Positions 19,601 to 29,718 of a DNA stretch of 64,000 nt are shown one piece after another. A model generated the notes under the pieces. The model was not told the origin of the DNA. It saw only the letters and a list, made by a program, of their open reading frames with translations, and did not search any database. The DNA comes from an uncultured Actinomycetes bacterium. GTDB taxonomy: Bacteria; SZUA-79; Acidulodesulfobacterales; Acidulodesulfobacteraceae. How positions within the stretch are numbered: position 1 is the first letter of the stretch; every line of letters starts with the position of its first letter. Made by a program: the position numbers and the translations under genes. The DNA is taken from positions 1 through 64,000 of the forward strand of contig CAZVZU010000006.1 of NCBI GenBank assembly GCA_964631685.1, given 5' to 3'.

Positions 19601-20747
19601 ACCCTATACCTTCATCTAATGCTAAATCTTCTATGTTTTGTTTTAATAGTTCTACGCTTTTTTTTACCTCTTTATTTTTAGATTCGCCTATAATCCTAAC
19701 GAACAAGTCAATTAAATTTTCTAAATTTTCATTTTCAAAGAGAGATTTAAAGGAATTCGATATAAGGTTTTCAAAATCTCCTAAATTATCTTTGACCGCT
19801 TTAAAGTCCGATGCGTCATCCCCTTCCGACATGAATAAATATTCAATTATTTCTGAGTCTAATATCTGCTGAATATCATAATTAAAAATGTCAGTATAAT
19901 CTATTTTTAGTTTAGAGTGACGGGCAAATAAAATTACGGAATATATAACAAGGTCAAATTTTTCAAGAACAGAATTTAATATTAAATCAATACCCCTTTG
20001 GAGATTAACAATGCTATCGTTAAAAACATAAAAGAAATCTATGAGTCTCCTCTCTAAATCGCTGAATTCACCCTCATTACCACCATTGTTTTTGTGTGTA
20101 TTATTTTCTACACGACCTACAAGGCGAGTTAAAAAAAATGTATTTATTAAATTTCTTTTTATGAGGGTAGATTCATTGTCATCTATAATTCCAAAACCGG
20201 GCAATAATCCGCTTTCTATTGGAAAAAGGTTAATAATTTTATAAAAAAAGCCGTGAAAAGTCGAAATATTGATGTTGGAGAGGTTATTTAAGACAATTAA
20301 ATATATTTCTGCCGGGGTTAAAATTTGACGCCTTGGTAAATCATGACCAACCACCTCGGTTTCTTGTAATTCTGCAAAACTAGATTTAATGAAATCATCC
20401 AGCTCTTTTTTAACCCCTGCATCAGATCTATCGGTAGCAGATTTTACAAAACTGTTCAAAAAAATCAGTCTCAGGGATATGAATTTATCCCTTTTATAAT
20501 CTTCATTTAATTCGATATATTCTTCATAAATCTGTTTCGCAACCTTAATTATTCTTTCCTTAATGCCTGCAGCCGCATTATCAGTATATGTAATTGTTAT
20601 TATAGAATTTATATCCTCTCCAACTGCGACAAGCGTCAATATTCTTGCAATTAATACCGTAGTTTTTCCACTACCGGCCGGTGCGGTCAAAGCAATAGAT
20701 GTATCTATTTTGCAAGCATCAAGTCTGTTTTTCAAAGCATCATTCAT
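16677..20747 (-). CDS. addA: AddA-like UvrD helicase with C-terminal PD-(D/E)XK nuclease
   Basis: APAGSGKT, IDEFQD, VGDPNQSIYGFR, TIHGAKGLE, LYVALTR, GRIDK...DYKTG...QLGFY. Confidence 0.85.
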   Translation of the reverse strand: MNDALKNRLDACKIDTSIALTAPAGSGKTTVLIARILTLVAVGEDINSIITITYTDNAAAGIKERIIKVAKQIYEEYIELNEDYKRDKFISLRLIFLNSFVKSATDRSDAGVKKELDDFIKSSFAELQETEVVGHDLPRRQILTPAEIYLIVLNNLSNINISTFHGFFYKIINLFPIESGLLPGFGIIDDNESTLIKRNLINTFFLTRLVGRVENNTHKNNGGNEGEFSDLERRLIDFFYVFNDSIVNLQRGIDLILNSVLEKFDLVIYSVILFARHSKLKIDYTDIFNYDIQQILDSEIIEYLFMSEGDDASDFKAVKDNLGDFENLISNSFKSLFENENLENLIDLFVRIIGESKNKEVKKSVELLKQNIEDLALDEGIGYIHKDIRFLMNFYKSIKDGCKRINDFMKLKKAPLILNDNERELIKMLYSVLVSFYQKTNFLNYISFTIIIFKIIREYESIKKSRNVIDFPGIEFKALSLLYSANFQYVEEKLNYKINHLIIDEFQDANRIEFELIKKIMDERLSGMGMSGERQIKGTIFFVGDPNQSIYGFRSSDYKIFNEATSYFKSKVSEGFEIKDVTMEENFRSTKKLIEFQNIIFSNSYFKCLNSSAANVLSGLSENEGLRDTDAFNFHPVILKLYKNSRNIKNSNNGNDYNKKYENYDYNDSEESSVAYEIRRILDTGKRNNILLASHIKIISRKHRGKGWDNLKNALADSDIPFKIYGDKGFYEKKEIDLIMAILKFFFNDKDELSLCKILKSLSDTRCNKKVPLGTLKFVKRGFRKLKVLDEDGKINSLSPFFILKKIYNIFDIVVLYSEDAQAIANIKKLLLIAQNYERATVYEFLRDVQERINSGYKEAEGEVVVLTDDTRSAEDKGKVSLMTIHGAKGLENDIVFIYGTPLNPYNAKNSDVKYKFDIIFEGTRPEFILLNDNLIDNPLRASSATEYDAENGRMSDILGRKREKEIIKEENEFKRLLYVALTRSKFLCYITDEIKDDKKKNKNMRKINDGFDVNIDSSSHIAWSDILCEIGNTDKMMDLVLSLSPGEDSQAENRFENIVSFIKNASIRGQGTHDTFNNNRLIFNYRKIMGTRLDLKNIFKREFNIKNPSDLRDGENYRHIDISVKEEGVVSTYLEDSNKKTLDIGTKPVIRGLLVHKILEVIGKFNRYVNLGSNKDINIYEDIYGGRCLEYFLSIIKMDGLKFMIKNISLNNLLELRGLLVDFEEQIDILFESLNKLKIRDFIYKGYNEVQYLKSFDIKFNGYLTGNIINGRIDKIVLEETTMMSRLKSEDKNNNVKIRVDIYDYKTGSLKNFVNDLGQLGFYADAVRGAFGDENIFELKKYYYFIDEDELSLVK

Positions 20748-20772
20748 ATTTATTTTACCTGAAAATGGCAGT

Positions 20773-23700
20773 TTAATAGCAAATATTCATATAGTCACAA
20801 TATTTGCAATTATTTTTATTTTTCATATTAGGTAACAAGTCGTTTTCATTGAATACAATCTGTTTCAGTAAACGCCGGGTAGTATCATTAAAAGTACATC
20901 CGTTCACATCACACTTAATATCTCTAATGTAACCTGTTTTCTGGGCGGTTACGCTGTTACCAAGAAACACATAGCTTCCACCCAATACATCATAATTATC
21001 ACTCAACATGTATGCGTAAGTATAAAGTTGAATTGACGATAAATAATCATTGGCATCTTTGATATCTCCGCCACTTATATTATTATTAGCGAAATTTTTG
21101 GCATATTCCGCAAAGCCGGATTCTTGAATATTTCCGGTTTTAAAATCATAAATCCACGCATTTTTTTTATTTGTGGTGTTATTGACCGCGTTAGCGCGAC
21201 TTAAAATAAGATCTATCCTACCATTTAGCCTTATTTTAATAACTTCTAAAGTATCACTATTTTTAAACAATATTTCTCTTTCTTTTTTAAATTCAGTATT
21301 CAATCTATTAAAACCATAATTTTCGACCTTACCGGATACATTTTTTAAAAATTTTAAAAATATAAGCTCCAATACTTTATTCATATTTTCTCTGTATTTA
21401 TAAGGTAACAGGTTGAAAGCGGGATCAATTGAGATAATTTCCCTAAGTTTATCAAGATATATCTTTTTATTAATATCAAGTTGCTCTGAAAATTTAAAAG
21501 CATCGCCACTTTCAACAAGCGGCTTTATCTGAGAATCCAAAAATTTTCTTATCGCTTCATGCATTATATTGCCGTATATCATCGGATATTTTTCATCAAA
21601 ATCCCAACACGGTTTTTTTATTTTGACAATACCATCCAGATAAAATTTATAGCCACATTTTACGTAGTTTACTATTGCTCCGGGCGAAAGGGATTCTATA
21701 TTCGTTTTTTTAATAACATGATATTTATTTATAGCATTCAGTCCGTCTAATTCATTTGTACGGCGTGCATTATCAGTATTGCCAGCTATGCAATTTGTTA
21801 ATTTATCCTCTATAAAAAACAAATAGGGCGATTTCAATCTTTTTTTACCATCTATATTAATCGGATAACTAAAAGTAACCTTATCAAAAAGCATCATATA
21901 ACTTAAAAAATGTGATTTTTGAAAAAGCTCTAATTTTTCAAAAGACGGCATGCCTAATTTTTCCTTAATCTTTGGTGTTAGTAAATAGTCCTTCGGCCTT
22001 TTTGACGGAAAATAATCCTCTGATAACCCCATTATGTATGCTGATTTTGCAAAACTATACCGCCCCTCAAGCTTTCCCATAACGGTTATACCGGCACCGT
22101 GGACCATTGGCGTAATTTCATAACCCTTAATAAACTTTGCAATTAATAAAAAATACTCCCTGAAATTAAACTTAAATTCATATATATCATTCCTTGAATT
22201 TAATGAAATATCATAATAAGCCATGCTCCTTATGGTTCTTATTATAAACTGATTATCGCAACCGGACGGGAATAAAAAAGTAATTAATTTATTGAGATAA
22301 ATTAAAAATTCCTTAAAATTCAGGGGCATATTGATGTCAATATAGAAATGGGTTTTAAGGTTTTCAAGTTTTTCTGTTACAATTCTTTTTAAATCACCAC
22401 TTAGCGAAGTCGAGTCTTTAATGTGATATATAAGATTGTGAAGGTTGTCTATGCTATCTAAAATATTCAGTTCGTCTTTAGCATGAACAATATAATCAAT
22501 GATATCTCGATTATCATCTCTTAAATATAAAAAATTTATAATATTTTTATAACTAAAATTGCAATTTACCATCTCAAGAGCTTTATAAAAATACAAAACA
22601 TCTTTGTCGTTAAAAGCACTGAGCGGAACAAGAAAATTAGCATCAAACTCAAGCTCTATAAATGCCGAATAAAGGGGCTCGGCATAAGATCTTTCCATTA
22701 ATACTACTATTATCTCCTGAGGCTTGATGCCCTCTAAAAGGTCTTTCTTTATTAAAGCACAAACATTCTCAATCTCTTCTTGAATGGTTAAACCGGAAAC
22801 TATTCTTACATTATCCCACTTTGCAGTATTCCCCTTCGCATCTTTGGACTCTCGGTTGTCACTTTCTAGGCAGAACAGTGAATTTGCAATATCCATTTTA
22901 ATCTTATACCTATCGAGAATGTCACTATGTTTTGCATGTCCTGAAACAGACATTGCTACACGCGGCTCATTGATGGTTTTATTTTCTTTTATTTGAATTT
23001 TGTCCATATCTTTATCCGCACCCAATTTTGATATAAAATCGAAATAAATTGAGTATCCAGGATGAGCATCTTTTTTGATATCGGGATAGACGTATGGCAG
23101 AATAACTGTAAAGTTCTTTGCGCTGTTCTTTAATTTATTTAAAAAGTTTATCTGAACGGGCGGAACATCATTGATTAGTGCAATAAAAATATTTTTATCT
23201 CCATAATACTTCTTGAAGACTAGGCCTGTAATTAATTTAAAATTGTCGGCGGACAAACCAAATAATGTGCATAAATATGACGTAGGCTTAATATTATCAT
23301 TAACAAAACCGCTCATTAAAAGCGTGCCATCAATTAAATTTAAATCTTTCAATCTACCCTTGTATGCTGCATCCACCTTTACGATAAGTTCAAACTGTCC
23401 TTCGATTCCTTTATAGCCACAAATTAAATTTAATAAATCCGATAAACGGGGGTCATGTACATACGAGCTATCATCCGTCAATGAGCCCACACTGCCGGTA
23501 ATTGCCAATGCATTGCTAATCCCTTCTATATCCACATTGTAGCCGTAAAAATCATTAAGCAACATTGTTATGTCTTCTGCTAGGCTAAAAATAGCACCGA
23601 TATTTTCTTGGGGTAGCTCCTTATATCTCCGTAATATATCGTAAATTATTATATTTTTATCCTCACGATTAATATGCGCTATCTTCGCACTGTTATCAAT

Positions 23701-24066
23701 GGCCGGTTTTGTTGAATTAGCATGTGTCGCCGTTATTGTATCGTTACCTTTTAAAATTTCCAACATAGCAAAATCATTGAATTCGTCAACGACCTCGTTC
23801 ATTGTTTTGATATTTGGAATAAACGCAACATCCTTGTCATTGCCCAATTTATTTTTAAAAGACAAGAGGATGAAAAATTTTAAAAGGTAACGAACTCTAT
23901 TGGTTGGAACTATAACCGTTGTATTGTTAGTTTCTTTGAAAATATTAACGGTATTGATATTGCGATGGCAATCATAAGAAGATGTCTTTATTAAAAAATC
24001 GGTAATCTCGTCAGCCGTCTCAAGAAAATTATTATCGTAAAATGGAAAAAGTTTCAATTTTTTCAT
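20773..24066 (-). CDS. addB: AddB-like inactive helicase / PD-(D/E)XK nuclease with Fe-S staple cysteines
   Basis: VIVPTNR, LSPGAIVNYVKC, GRIDL...DFKTG, QLYTY, terminal CKYCDYMNIC; directly upstream of addA. Confidence 0.8.
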   Translation of the reverse strand: MKKLKLFPFYDNNFLETADEITDFLIKTSSYDCHRNINTVNIFKETNNTTVIVPTNRVRYLLKFFILLSFKNKLGNDKDVAFIPNIKTMNEVVDEFNDFAMLEILKGNDTITATHANSTKPAIDNSAKIAHINREDKNIIIYDILRRYKELPQENIGAIFSLAEDITMLLNDFYGYNVDIEGISNALAITGSVGSLTDDSSYVHDPRLSDLLNLICGYKGIEGQFELIVKVDAAYKGRLKDLNLIDGTLLMSGFVNDNIKPTSYLCTLFGLSADNFKLITGLVFKKYYGDKNIFIALINDVPPVQINFLNKLKNSAKNFTVILPYVYPDIKKDAHPGYSIYFDFISKLGADKDMDKIQIKENKTINEPRVAMSVSGHAKHSDILDRYKIKMDIANSLFCLESDNRESKDAKGNTAKWDNVRIVSGLTIQEEIENVCALIKKDLLEGIKPQEIIVVLMERSYAEPLYSAFIELEFDANFLVPLSAFNDKDVLYFYKALEMVNCNFSYKNIINFLYLRDDNRDIIDYIVHAKDELNILDSIDNLHNLIYHIKDSTSLSGDLKRIVTEKLENLKTHFYIDINMPLNFKEFLIYLNKLITFLFPSGCDNQFIIRTIRSMAYYDISLNSRNDIYEFKFNFREYFLLIAKFIKGYEITPMVHGAGITVMGKLEGRYSFAKSAYIMGLSEDYFPSKRPKDYLLTPKIKEKLGMPSFEKLELFQKSHFLSYMMLFDKVTFSYPINIDGKKRLKSPYLFFIEDKLTNCIAGNTDNARRTNELDGLNAINKYHVIKKTNIESLSPGAIVNYVKCGYKFYLDGIVKIKKPCWDFDEKYPMIYGNIMHEAIRKFLDSQIKPLVESGDAFKFSEQLDINKKIYLDKLREIISIDPAFNLLPYKYRENMNKVLELIFLKFLKNVSGKVENYGFNRLNTEFKKEREILFKNSDTLEVIKIRLNGRIDLILSRANAVNNTTNKKNAWIYDFKTGNIQESGFAEYAKNFANNNISGGDIKDANDYLSSIQLYTYAYMLSDNYDVLGGSYVFLGNSVTAQKTGYIRDIKCDVNGCTFNDTTRRLLKQIVFNENDLLPNMKNKNNCKYCDYMNICY

Positions 24067-24173
24067 GTCGTTGCGACCGCTCTCTTAAGAATGATACTAT
24101 AATATAACACATTAGCAATTTTAGAAAAAGAAAAGAACTTGAAAAGATCTGGAGAGCGCGATAGAATAGGGGC

Positions 24174-25124
24174 ATGTTTAAATCCAGAAAAGGAACTTAC
24201 ATTTTTATACACTTGTTTTGTTTTGTATGTTTCTCCGCTATCATAGCAATATCTTTTAACTACAAAGTGGCTTACGGAAAAAATATTCACCCAATAGACA
24301 ATAATACATCAACATTATTGAATAAGATTTATGTCCGGAGACATAAAATTTTATCTCATAGCTTTAAATTTTTACATGAGGAAAAATTAACCTTTAAAAT
24401 TACATATTTAAATTTAATTAATGCTGGAGAAGCAACCTTACAAACCTACCCGGGTAAGTACGAGTCGAAAAAAGTTTGCGTTATCAAAGCAGTTGCCTCT
24501 AGTGCTGGATGGTTGCGTTTCTTTTATTATGTGCATGATGAAACTTTCAGCTACTTTTCATTAGATAAATATTATCCATATTTTTTGATTATGAAAAGAA
24601 ACGAGGGACAGCATCATGATTTTACAGAAGAAAGTTTAAACGGCGATTATAATAAATTAATTAAATCAAGTAAATATAAAACAGCATGGAAAGATCTTAA
24701 AAACAAAGAATATATGAAAAAACTTAAAATAGAATACAACGCGCCTGCTCTTTATAAGAACAAAATAGGCTCAAAGTGGAAACCGTATATTGCCTTTAAA
24801 AATACACAAGATGTATTAAGCGCTTTATATTATTTAAGAATGCTGAATTTAAAAAGTAATAAAGACTATTATATACCGGTGTATGAAAACACCAAAAGAT
24901 ACATTGTGCTGATTAAGACAGGCAAATACTACAATATAAATACACCTGCTGGAAAATTTAACACCATAGAAGTCAAGGCTTATTTAAACTTTAATGGGGT
25001 TTTTGTACACAAAGGAAGTTTAAAAATATACCTTACAACGGGTGCAAATCACATCCCCGTATATCTGGTCACAAAAATACCCATAGGCTACATGACGGCG
25101 ATCCTGATAAAGAAAAAAGGTTAA
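24174..25124 (+). CDS. DUF3108-family exported/outer-membrane protein
   Basis: N-terminal hydrophobic segment, EKLTFKITY..AGEA, QDVLSALYYLR, TPAGKF, HIPV. Confidence 0.7.
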   Translation: MFKSRKGTYIFIHLFCFVCFSAIIAISFNYKVAYGKNIHPIDNNTSTLLNKIYVRRHKILSHSFKFLHEEKLTFKITYLNLINAGEATLQTYPGKYESKKVCVIKAVASSAGWLRFFYYVHDETFSYFSLDKYYPYFLIMKRNEGQHHDFTEESLNGDYNKLIKSSKYKTAWKDLKNKEYMKKLKIEYNAPALYKNKIGSKWKPYIAFKNTQDVLSALYYLRMLNLKSNKDYYIPVYENTKRYIVLIKTGKYYNINTPAGKFNTIEVKAYLNFNGVFVHKGSLKIYLTTGANHIPVYLVTKIPIGYMTAILIKKKG

Positions 25125-25158
25125 AAACAGTATTCAGTATAACTCTTGTCGTCTCTTT

Positions 25159-25875
25159 CTACCCTTTTATACCCGTTATCATGAAGCCTACATGAAACGG
25201 TAGATTTTTAATTTTCAAATCCTTGAATCCTCTATCGCTTAGTATGCCCAACATTTTATTTCTATCGAATGCCATTATGCTGTAAGTGAGCCACCGATAA
25301 GCACCTTTATCTATTAGAGACCCTATTGCCCTTATCAGTGAAAAATATATTCTGAAAAATGTCCTCAATAATTTATTTTGAGGTCTGCCCATTTCCAACA
25401 ATATAAATTCCCCGTTCTTTTTTAAAATCCTCATAAGTTCCTCGGCAAAAACTTTCGTGTCATTGATATTCCTTAGTAAAAATCCAGCCGTAACCACATC
25501 ATAACAGCAATCCGGTTCATCAAGTTTCATGGCATCTTCCATCTTGACGCATATATTATTTATTTTGGCTTTTTCAATTTTTTCTTTGGCCACCCTAAGC
25601 ATATCCTTATTAAAATCTACAGCTATAATTTCAACCTGTTTTTTAGCCTTCTTTGCCTTTCTGGCAATATCAATGGCTATAGAACCGGTACCCGTTGCCA
25701 CATCAAGTATTTTATAGCTCTCTTTTTCCGTCAAAGCCTCTTCCGCAGCCATCTTCCTCCACACTCCATCAATACCTAAGCTAAACAGATGTCCCATAAA
25801 ATCATAAACACCTGCAATAGAAGAAAAGATACCCAGTATTCTTTCAGATATATCACTATCTCTCATTTTCACCAC
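25159..25875 (-). CDS. ubiE: UbiE/MenG-family quinone C-methyltransferase
   Basis: FSSIAGVYD, SLGIDGVWRK, LDVATGTG, FLLRNI. Confidence 0.85.
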   Translation of the reverse strand: MVKMRDSDISERILGIFSSIAGVYDFMGHLFSLGIDGVWRKMAAEEALTEKESYKILDVATGTGSIAIDIARKAKKAKKQVEIIAVDFNKDMLRVAKEKIEKAKINNICVKMEDAMKLDEPDCCYDVVTAGFLLRNINDTKVFAEELMRILKKNGEFILLEMGRPQNKLLRTFFRIYFSLIRAIGSLIDKGAYRWLTYSIMAFDRNKMLGILSDRGFKDLKIKNLPFHVGFMITGIKG

Positions 25876-25880
25876 AAATA

Positions 25881-28800
25881 TTAAGGTTCCTTTGACATGA
25901 ATTTTGGCAAAGGTGTATTTTTAAGCAAAAGTTTCGCAAAGCTCTCATCCTTTAAGGGTTTTGACAAAAGAAACCCCTGTATGCAGTCACAACCAATATT
26001 TTTTAAGAACGATAGCTGCTCTTCAGTTTCAACCCCCTCCGCAATGGATTTTATATTCAATTTTTGCGCCAGATACACTACGGCTTCCGTAATATATCTA
26101 GAATGTTTGTCGGCAAGCATCTTTCTTACGAATGAAATGTCTATCTTAAGATCGTCGAAGGGAAAATCTGCTAAATATGATAGAGAGGAATATCCGGTAC
26201 CGAAATCGTCTATTAAAAGTTGAATACCGATCTTCTTTAATGAATTTAAAAGCTTGTTTGAATATTCGGAATCTTCAATAAATGTTCTTTCGACCATTTC
26301 CAAGGCAAAAAATTTTGGGGCAATATTATATTTTTTAAGCGCCTTAACAATATTTTCTTCTAAGTATTTGCTTTTAAAACTTGCAGAGGAAATATTCATC
26401 GATATAGGCACAACCATTAACCCTCTGTCTAGCCATGTTCTAATCTTAGAAGCAACTTCATCTATGATCCAATTTTCGACCTCAGTAATCATTCCGCTTT
26501 GTTCAAGAAAAGGAATAAACTCCATCGGGGGTATTATTTCACCCCGCCTTTTCCACCTCAAAAGCGCCTCCGCACCTCTCATAATACCAGTTTGTGTATC
26601 AAAGCAGGGCTGATAATGTAAAATAAATTCCTTCTTTTTTATGGCTTCCTTAAGGGAATTTCTTAACTCTATCTTTTTCCTGGCATATTCTTCAAATTCT
26701 TTCTTAAAACATCCTACTCCGCTTTCGCCTTTAGACCTGACATTTAAAAGGGCAGCTTCGGCTTTACTTAATATATCACGAGGTATTTGAGCATCTTTCG
26801 GATAAAAGGATATGCCAGCATTAAAGGAAATATCCACACGTTTATCATTTATGACATATGTGTCGCCTAAAAACTCCAAAATTTTATCAACTATAACCAA
26901 GGCATCTTCCTTGTATCTTAAATTTTTTAAGAATACAGCAAATTTATCAGCTTCCAACTTTGCAATAATATCGTAATCTTTTACCTGCTTCTTTATTCTT
27001 TCGAATATTTTTACCATAATTTTGTTCCCAATTTCAAAACCCAGTGTCTGGTTTATCAACGAGAAATTGACAGGATTAATTATTGTAAGGGCGCAAACCA
27101 AGCGTTCATCCTTATCGCCTTGAAAAAATGCTTCCATTTTATCCCTTATAAACTTCCTATTTGGCAAACCGGTCAATATATCAAAATAGAAGAGTTTATA
27201 CATTGTCTCTTCTGCGATGAGTTCTTGCGTCATATCCTTCCCGACTACTATGTAATATTCCGTATATTTACCAACCTTAAAGGGTATAATATCGGTATAT
27301 CCGTAAATAATTTGCCCGTCCCTTGTCCTATACGTGAACATATCGGTTAGGATTTTATCCGATAAGAGTGTGTCTTTGAATTTTTTTGCAAAATCACTTT
27401 TTCCTACGCCACCCAAAAAAAATGTCCTATAATATTTACCCCTAAGCTCTTCCGTGGAATAACCAAATATCTTATAAGCGCTTTCGTTAAGATATAGAAG
27501 CTTAAAATATTTATCTGTGATAATAACAAAATCGGACCCGGAATTTAATGCCTTAGAAACCATAGCAGACCATTTTTCGTCCTCTATCTTGTCTAGCGCA
27601 TAATGCAGATCAATCATTATTTCTTTTAGTAATTTATATGTATCTTTATCAAAAATACCTTGTTTTTCAGAGTAAAAATTTAATGAACCGATTGTCTTGC
27701 CTTTTTTTATTACAGGTATTGATGCGCTTGAAAGGTAACCTCTTCTCAAGAGTTCGTCTTTCCACGGTGCCATAACAGAATTTCTTGAAGTATCATTATT
27801 AATAACTATCTTTGATTTCAAAAATGAGGATAATGATGGCCCTTGTTTGGCATTAGGCCTGGTTAAAGCATTTTTTACATAATTAATGTAATCGCTTTTA
27901 TCGCAAGCGAAAGTACGCTTTAATTCTTTATTCTTATCAAAAATACCAATCCAGGCATATTTAAACAAGCCTCTATTTACTATTTTATTGCATACGTCTA
28001 ATAATAAATCGGCTTCGTTTTTTGCTCTAACGATAAGCTGGTTTATTTCTGAAAGGGTCGCATATAACAATGACGTAGATTCTATTTTTTTCTGCTGTTT
28101 TATTTCATTTGTAATATCTCTTGAAATATCAACAAATCTGAGCGATTTACCGTCTATTTTAACAGGAACTATGACCGTATCAAGGTAAAATAAACTTCCC
28201 CTTTTATCCCTATTTGTAATTACGGACCTAAAAATTTTGCCCTTAAATATAGTTCTCCTTAGGGTCGCATAAAATTCTTTATTGTGCAGTCCGGATTTAA
28301 AAATCCTTAGATTTTTACCAATAATTTCATTTATTTTATAACCGGAAATATTTTCAACAGCTTTATTTGCGTGAATTATGGTTCCTCTTTCATCTGCCAT
28401 AACAAACCACTCCGAACTTTGTTCTAGAGCCTCGTTTAGCAACCTGATATTTATGTTTTTATCCATAATTATGAGTTGGTTTATCTCTCCCAAGGCAACA
28501 AATCGTTTCTCAAACGCCTTTTGCTTTGAAATATCCAATACTAGGGCCAACCCTGCAGGCTTACCGCCGTAGTTAATAGTGCAAGCAAAAACAATCGTCG
28601 GTATAAGCAATCCCGCTTTTGTTTTGTGTGCATGGCTCATCTGTTCAGCGACAAAAACCTCGCCGCCTATTCTTCTTTTCATCAAGTCTTTCACCGATGC
28701 TTTATATTCATCCGGCACAAGATCATAAGGATACATGGTTCTCAATTCACTTTCGGAATACCCAATAAAATCACAAAAAATTTTGTTCGCAAGGACTATT

Positions 28801-28898
28801 TTACCATCGCCTTGATATAAGACTAATCCTATTACGGAAGAGCTAATCAAGGCTTCTAGAAGTTCTTTCCCACCTGTCGTTTCTATTTGCATAATCAT
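25881..28898 (-). CDS. PAS-PAS-GAF-PAS-GGDEF(degenerate)-EAL c-di-GMP phosphodiesterase
   Basis: DILTGLPNR with degenerate EADKF; intact AEALLRW, DDFGTGYSSL, KID, AEGVE, QGF. Confidence 0.9.
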   Translation of the reverse strand: MIMQIETTGGKELLEALISSSVIGLVLYQGDGKIVLANKIFCDFIGYSESELRTMYPYDLVPDEYKASVKDLMKRRIGGEVFVAEQMSHAHKTKAGLLIPTIVFACTINYGGKPAGLALVLDISKQKAFEKRFVALGEINQLIIMDKNINIRLLNEALEQSSEWFVMADERGTIIHANKAVENISGYKINEIIGKNLRIFKSGLHNKEFYATLRRTIFKGKIFRSVITNRDKRGSLFYLDTVIVPVKIDGKSLRFVDISRDITNEIKQQKKIESTSLLYATLSEINQLIVRAKNEADLLLDVCNKIVNRGLFKYAWIGIFDKNKELKRTFACDKSDYINYVKNALTRPNAKQGPSLSSFLKSKIVINNDTSRNSVMAPWKDELLRRGYLSSASIPVIKKGKTIGSLNFYSEKQGIFDKDTYKLLKEIMIDLHYALDKIEDEKWSAMVSKALNSGSDFVIITDKYFKLLYLNESAYKIFGYSTEELRGKYYRTFFLGGVGKSDFAKKFKDTLLSDKILTDMFTYRTRDGQIIYGYTDIIPFKVGKYTEYYIVVGKDMTQELIAEETMYKLFYFDILTGLPNRKFIRDKMEAFFQGDKDERLVCALTIINPVNFSLINQTLGFEIGNKIMVKIFERIKKQVKDYDIIAKLEADKFAVFLKNLRYKEDALVIVDKILEFLGDTYVINDKRVDISFNAGISFYPKDAQIPRDILSKAEAALLNVRSKGESGVGCFKKEFEEYARKKIELRNSLKEAIKKKEFILHYQPCFDTQTGIMRGAEALLRWKRRGEIIPPMEFIPFLEQSGMITEVENWIIDEVASKIRTWLDRGLMVVPISMNISSASFKSKYLEENIVKALKKYNIAPKFFALEMVERTFIEDSEYSNKLLNSLKKIGIQLLIDDFGTGYSSLSYLADFPFDDLKIDISFVRKMLADKHSRYITEAVVYLAQKLNIKSIAEGVETEEQLSFLKNIGCDCIQGFLLSKPLKDESFAKLLLKNTPLPKFMSKEP

Positions 28899-29698
28899 TT
28901 ATTTTTATATATATTATCTTCCGACGGAAACGAACCGTTTTTTACCTCATCTTTGTAATCTTTCAATGCATTGACCATTAATGACCTTGAATCAGCAAAT
29001 TTCTTAACAAATTTAGGGGGGTTTTTATCCAGCATTCCGACGGCATCGTAGTAAACAAGTACCTGCCCATCCGTAACCCTACCTGCTCCTATCCCTATCG
29101 TCGGTATGGAAACATTATTCTGCACTCTTAACGCAGCCTCTTCAGGCATAGCTTCCAAGACAATCATAAATGCACCGGCCTTTTCAAGGGATATCGCATC
29201 ATTGACTAATTCCTCTATCTGAGATGCAATCCTTCCCTGAACCTTGTACCCGCCCATAATGTTTATAAATTGAGGCATTAATCCGATATGAGCTACAACA
29301 GGGATACCGCTCTCGGTTAATCTTTTAACGGTTCCGGAAATGAACTCTCCGCCTTCCACTTTTACGGCATTTACTCTGCTCTCCTTAAGAACCCTACCGG
29401 CATTGAGTAATGCCAGCTCTGCACTAACCTGATAAGACATAAACGGCATATCACATACCACAAAAAAATCTTTCAGCGCATCCTTGACAATCTTAGCATG
29501 ATAAATCATTTCATCTAATGTTACTCCGACGGTGTCATCTTTTCCCTGAACCGTAGTCGCAAGAGAATCGCCAACCAATACAATATCAACACCGGCTTCC
29601 CTGGCTATACCTGCTTGAACATAGTCATAAGCGGTAATCATCACTATTTTTTCCTTACCGAGTTTCATCCCGGCAAAATCTTTTATTCCTTTATGCAT
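28895..29698 (-). CDS. panB: 3-methyl-2-oxobutanoate hydroxymethyltransferase
   Basis: MITAYD, LVGDSL, DMPFMSY, VKVEGG, HIGLMPQ, IGIGAG, DGQVLV. Confidence 0.97.
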   Translation of the reverse strand: MHKGIKDFAGMKLGKEKIVMITAYDYVQAGIAREAGVDIVLVGDSLATTVQGKDDTVGVTLDEMIYHAKIVKDALKDFFVVCDMPFMSYQVSAELALLNAGRVLKESRVNAVKVEGGEFISGTVKRLTESGIPVVAHIGLMPQFINIMGGYKVQGRIASQIEELVNDAISLEKAGAFMIVLEAMPEEAALRVQNNVSIPTIGIGAGRVTDGQVLVYYDAVGMLDKNPPKFVKKFADSRSLMVNALKDYKDEVKNGSFPSEDNIYKNK

Positions 29699-29718
29699 AG
29701 CAAGACCATGTTAAAAGT

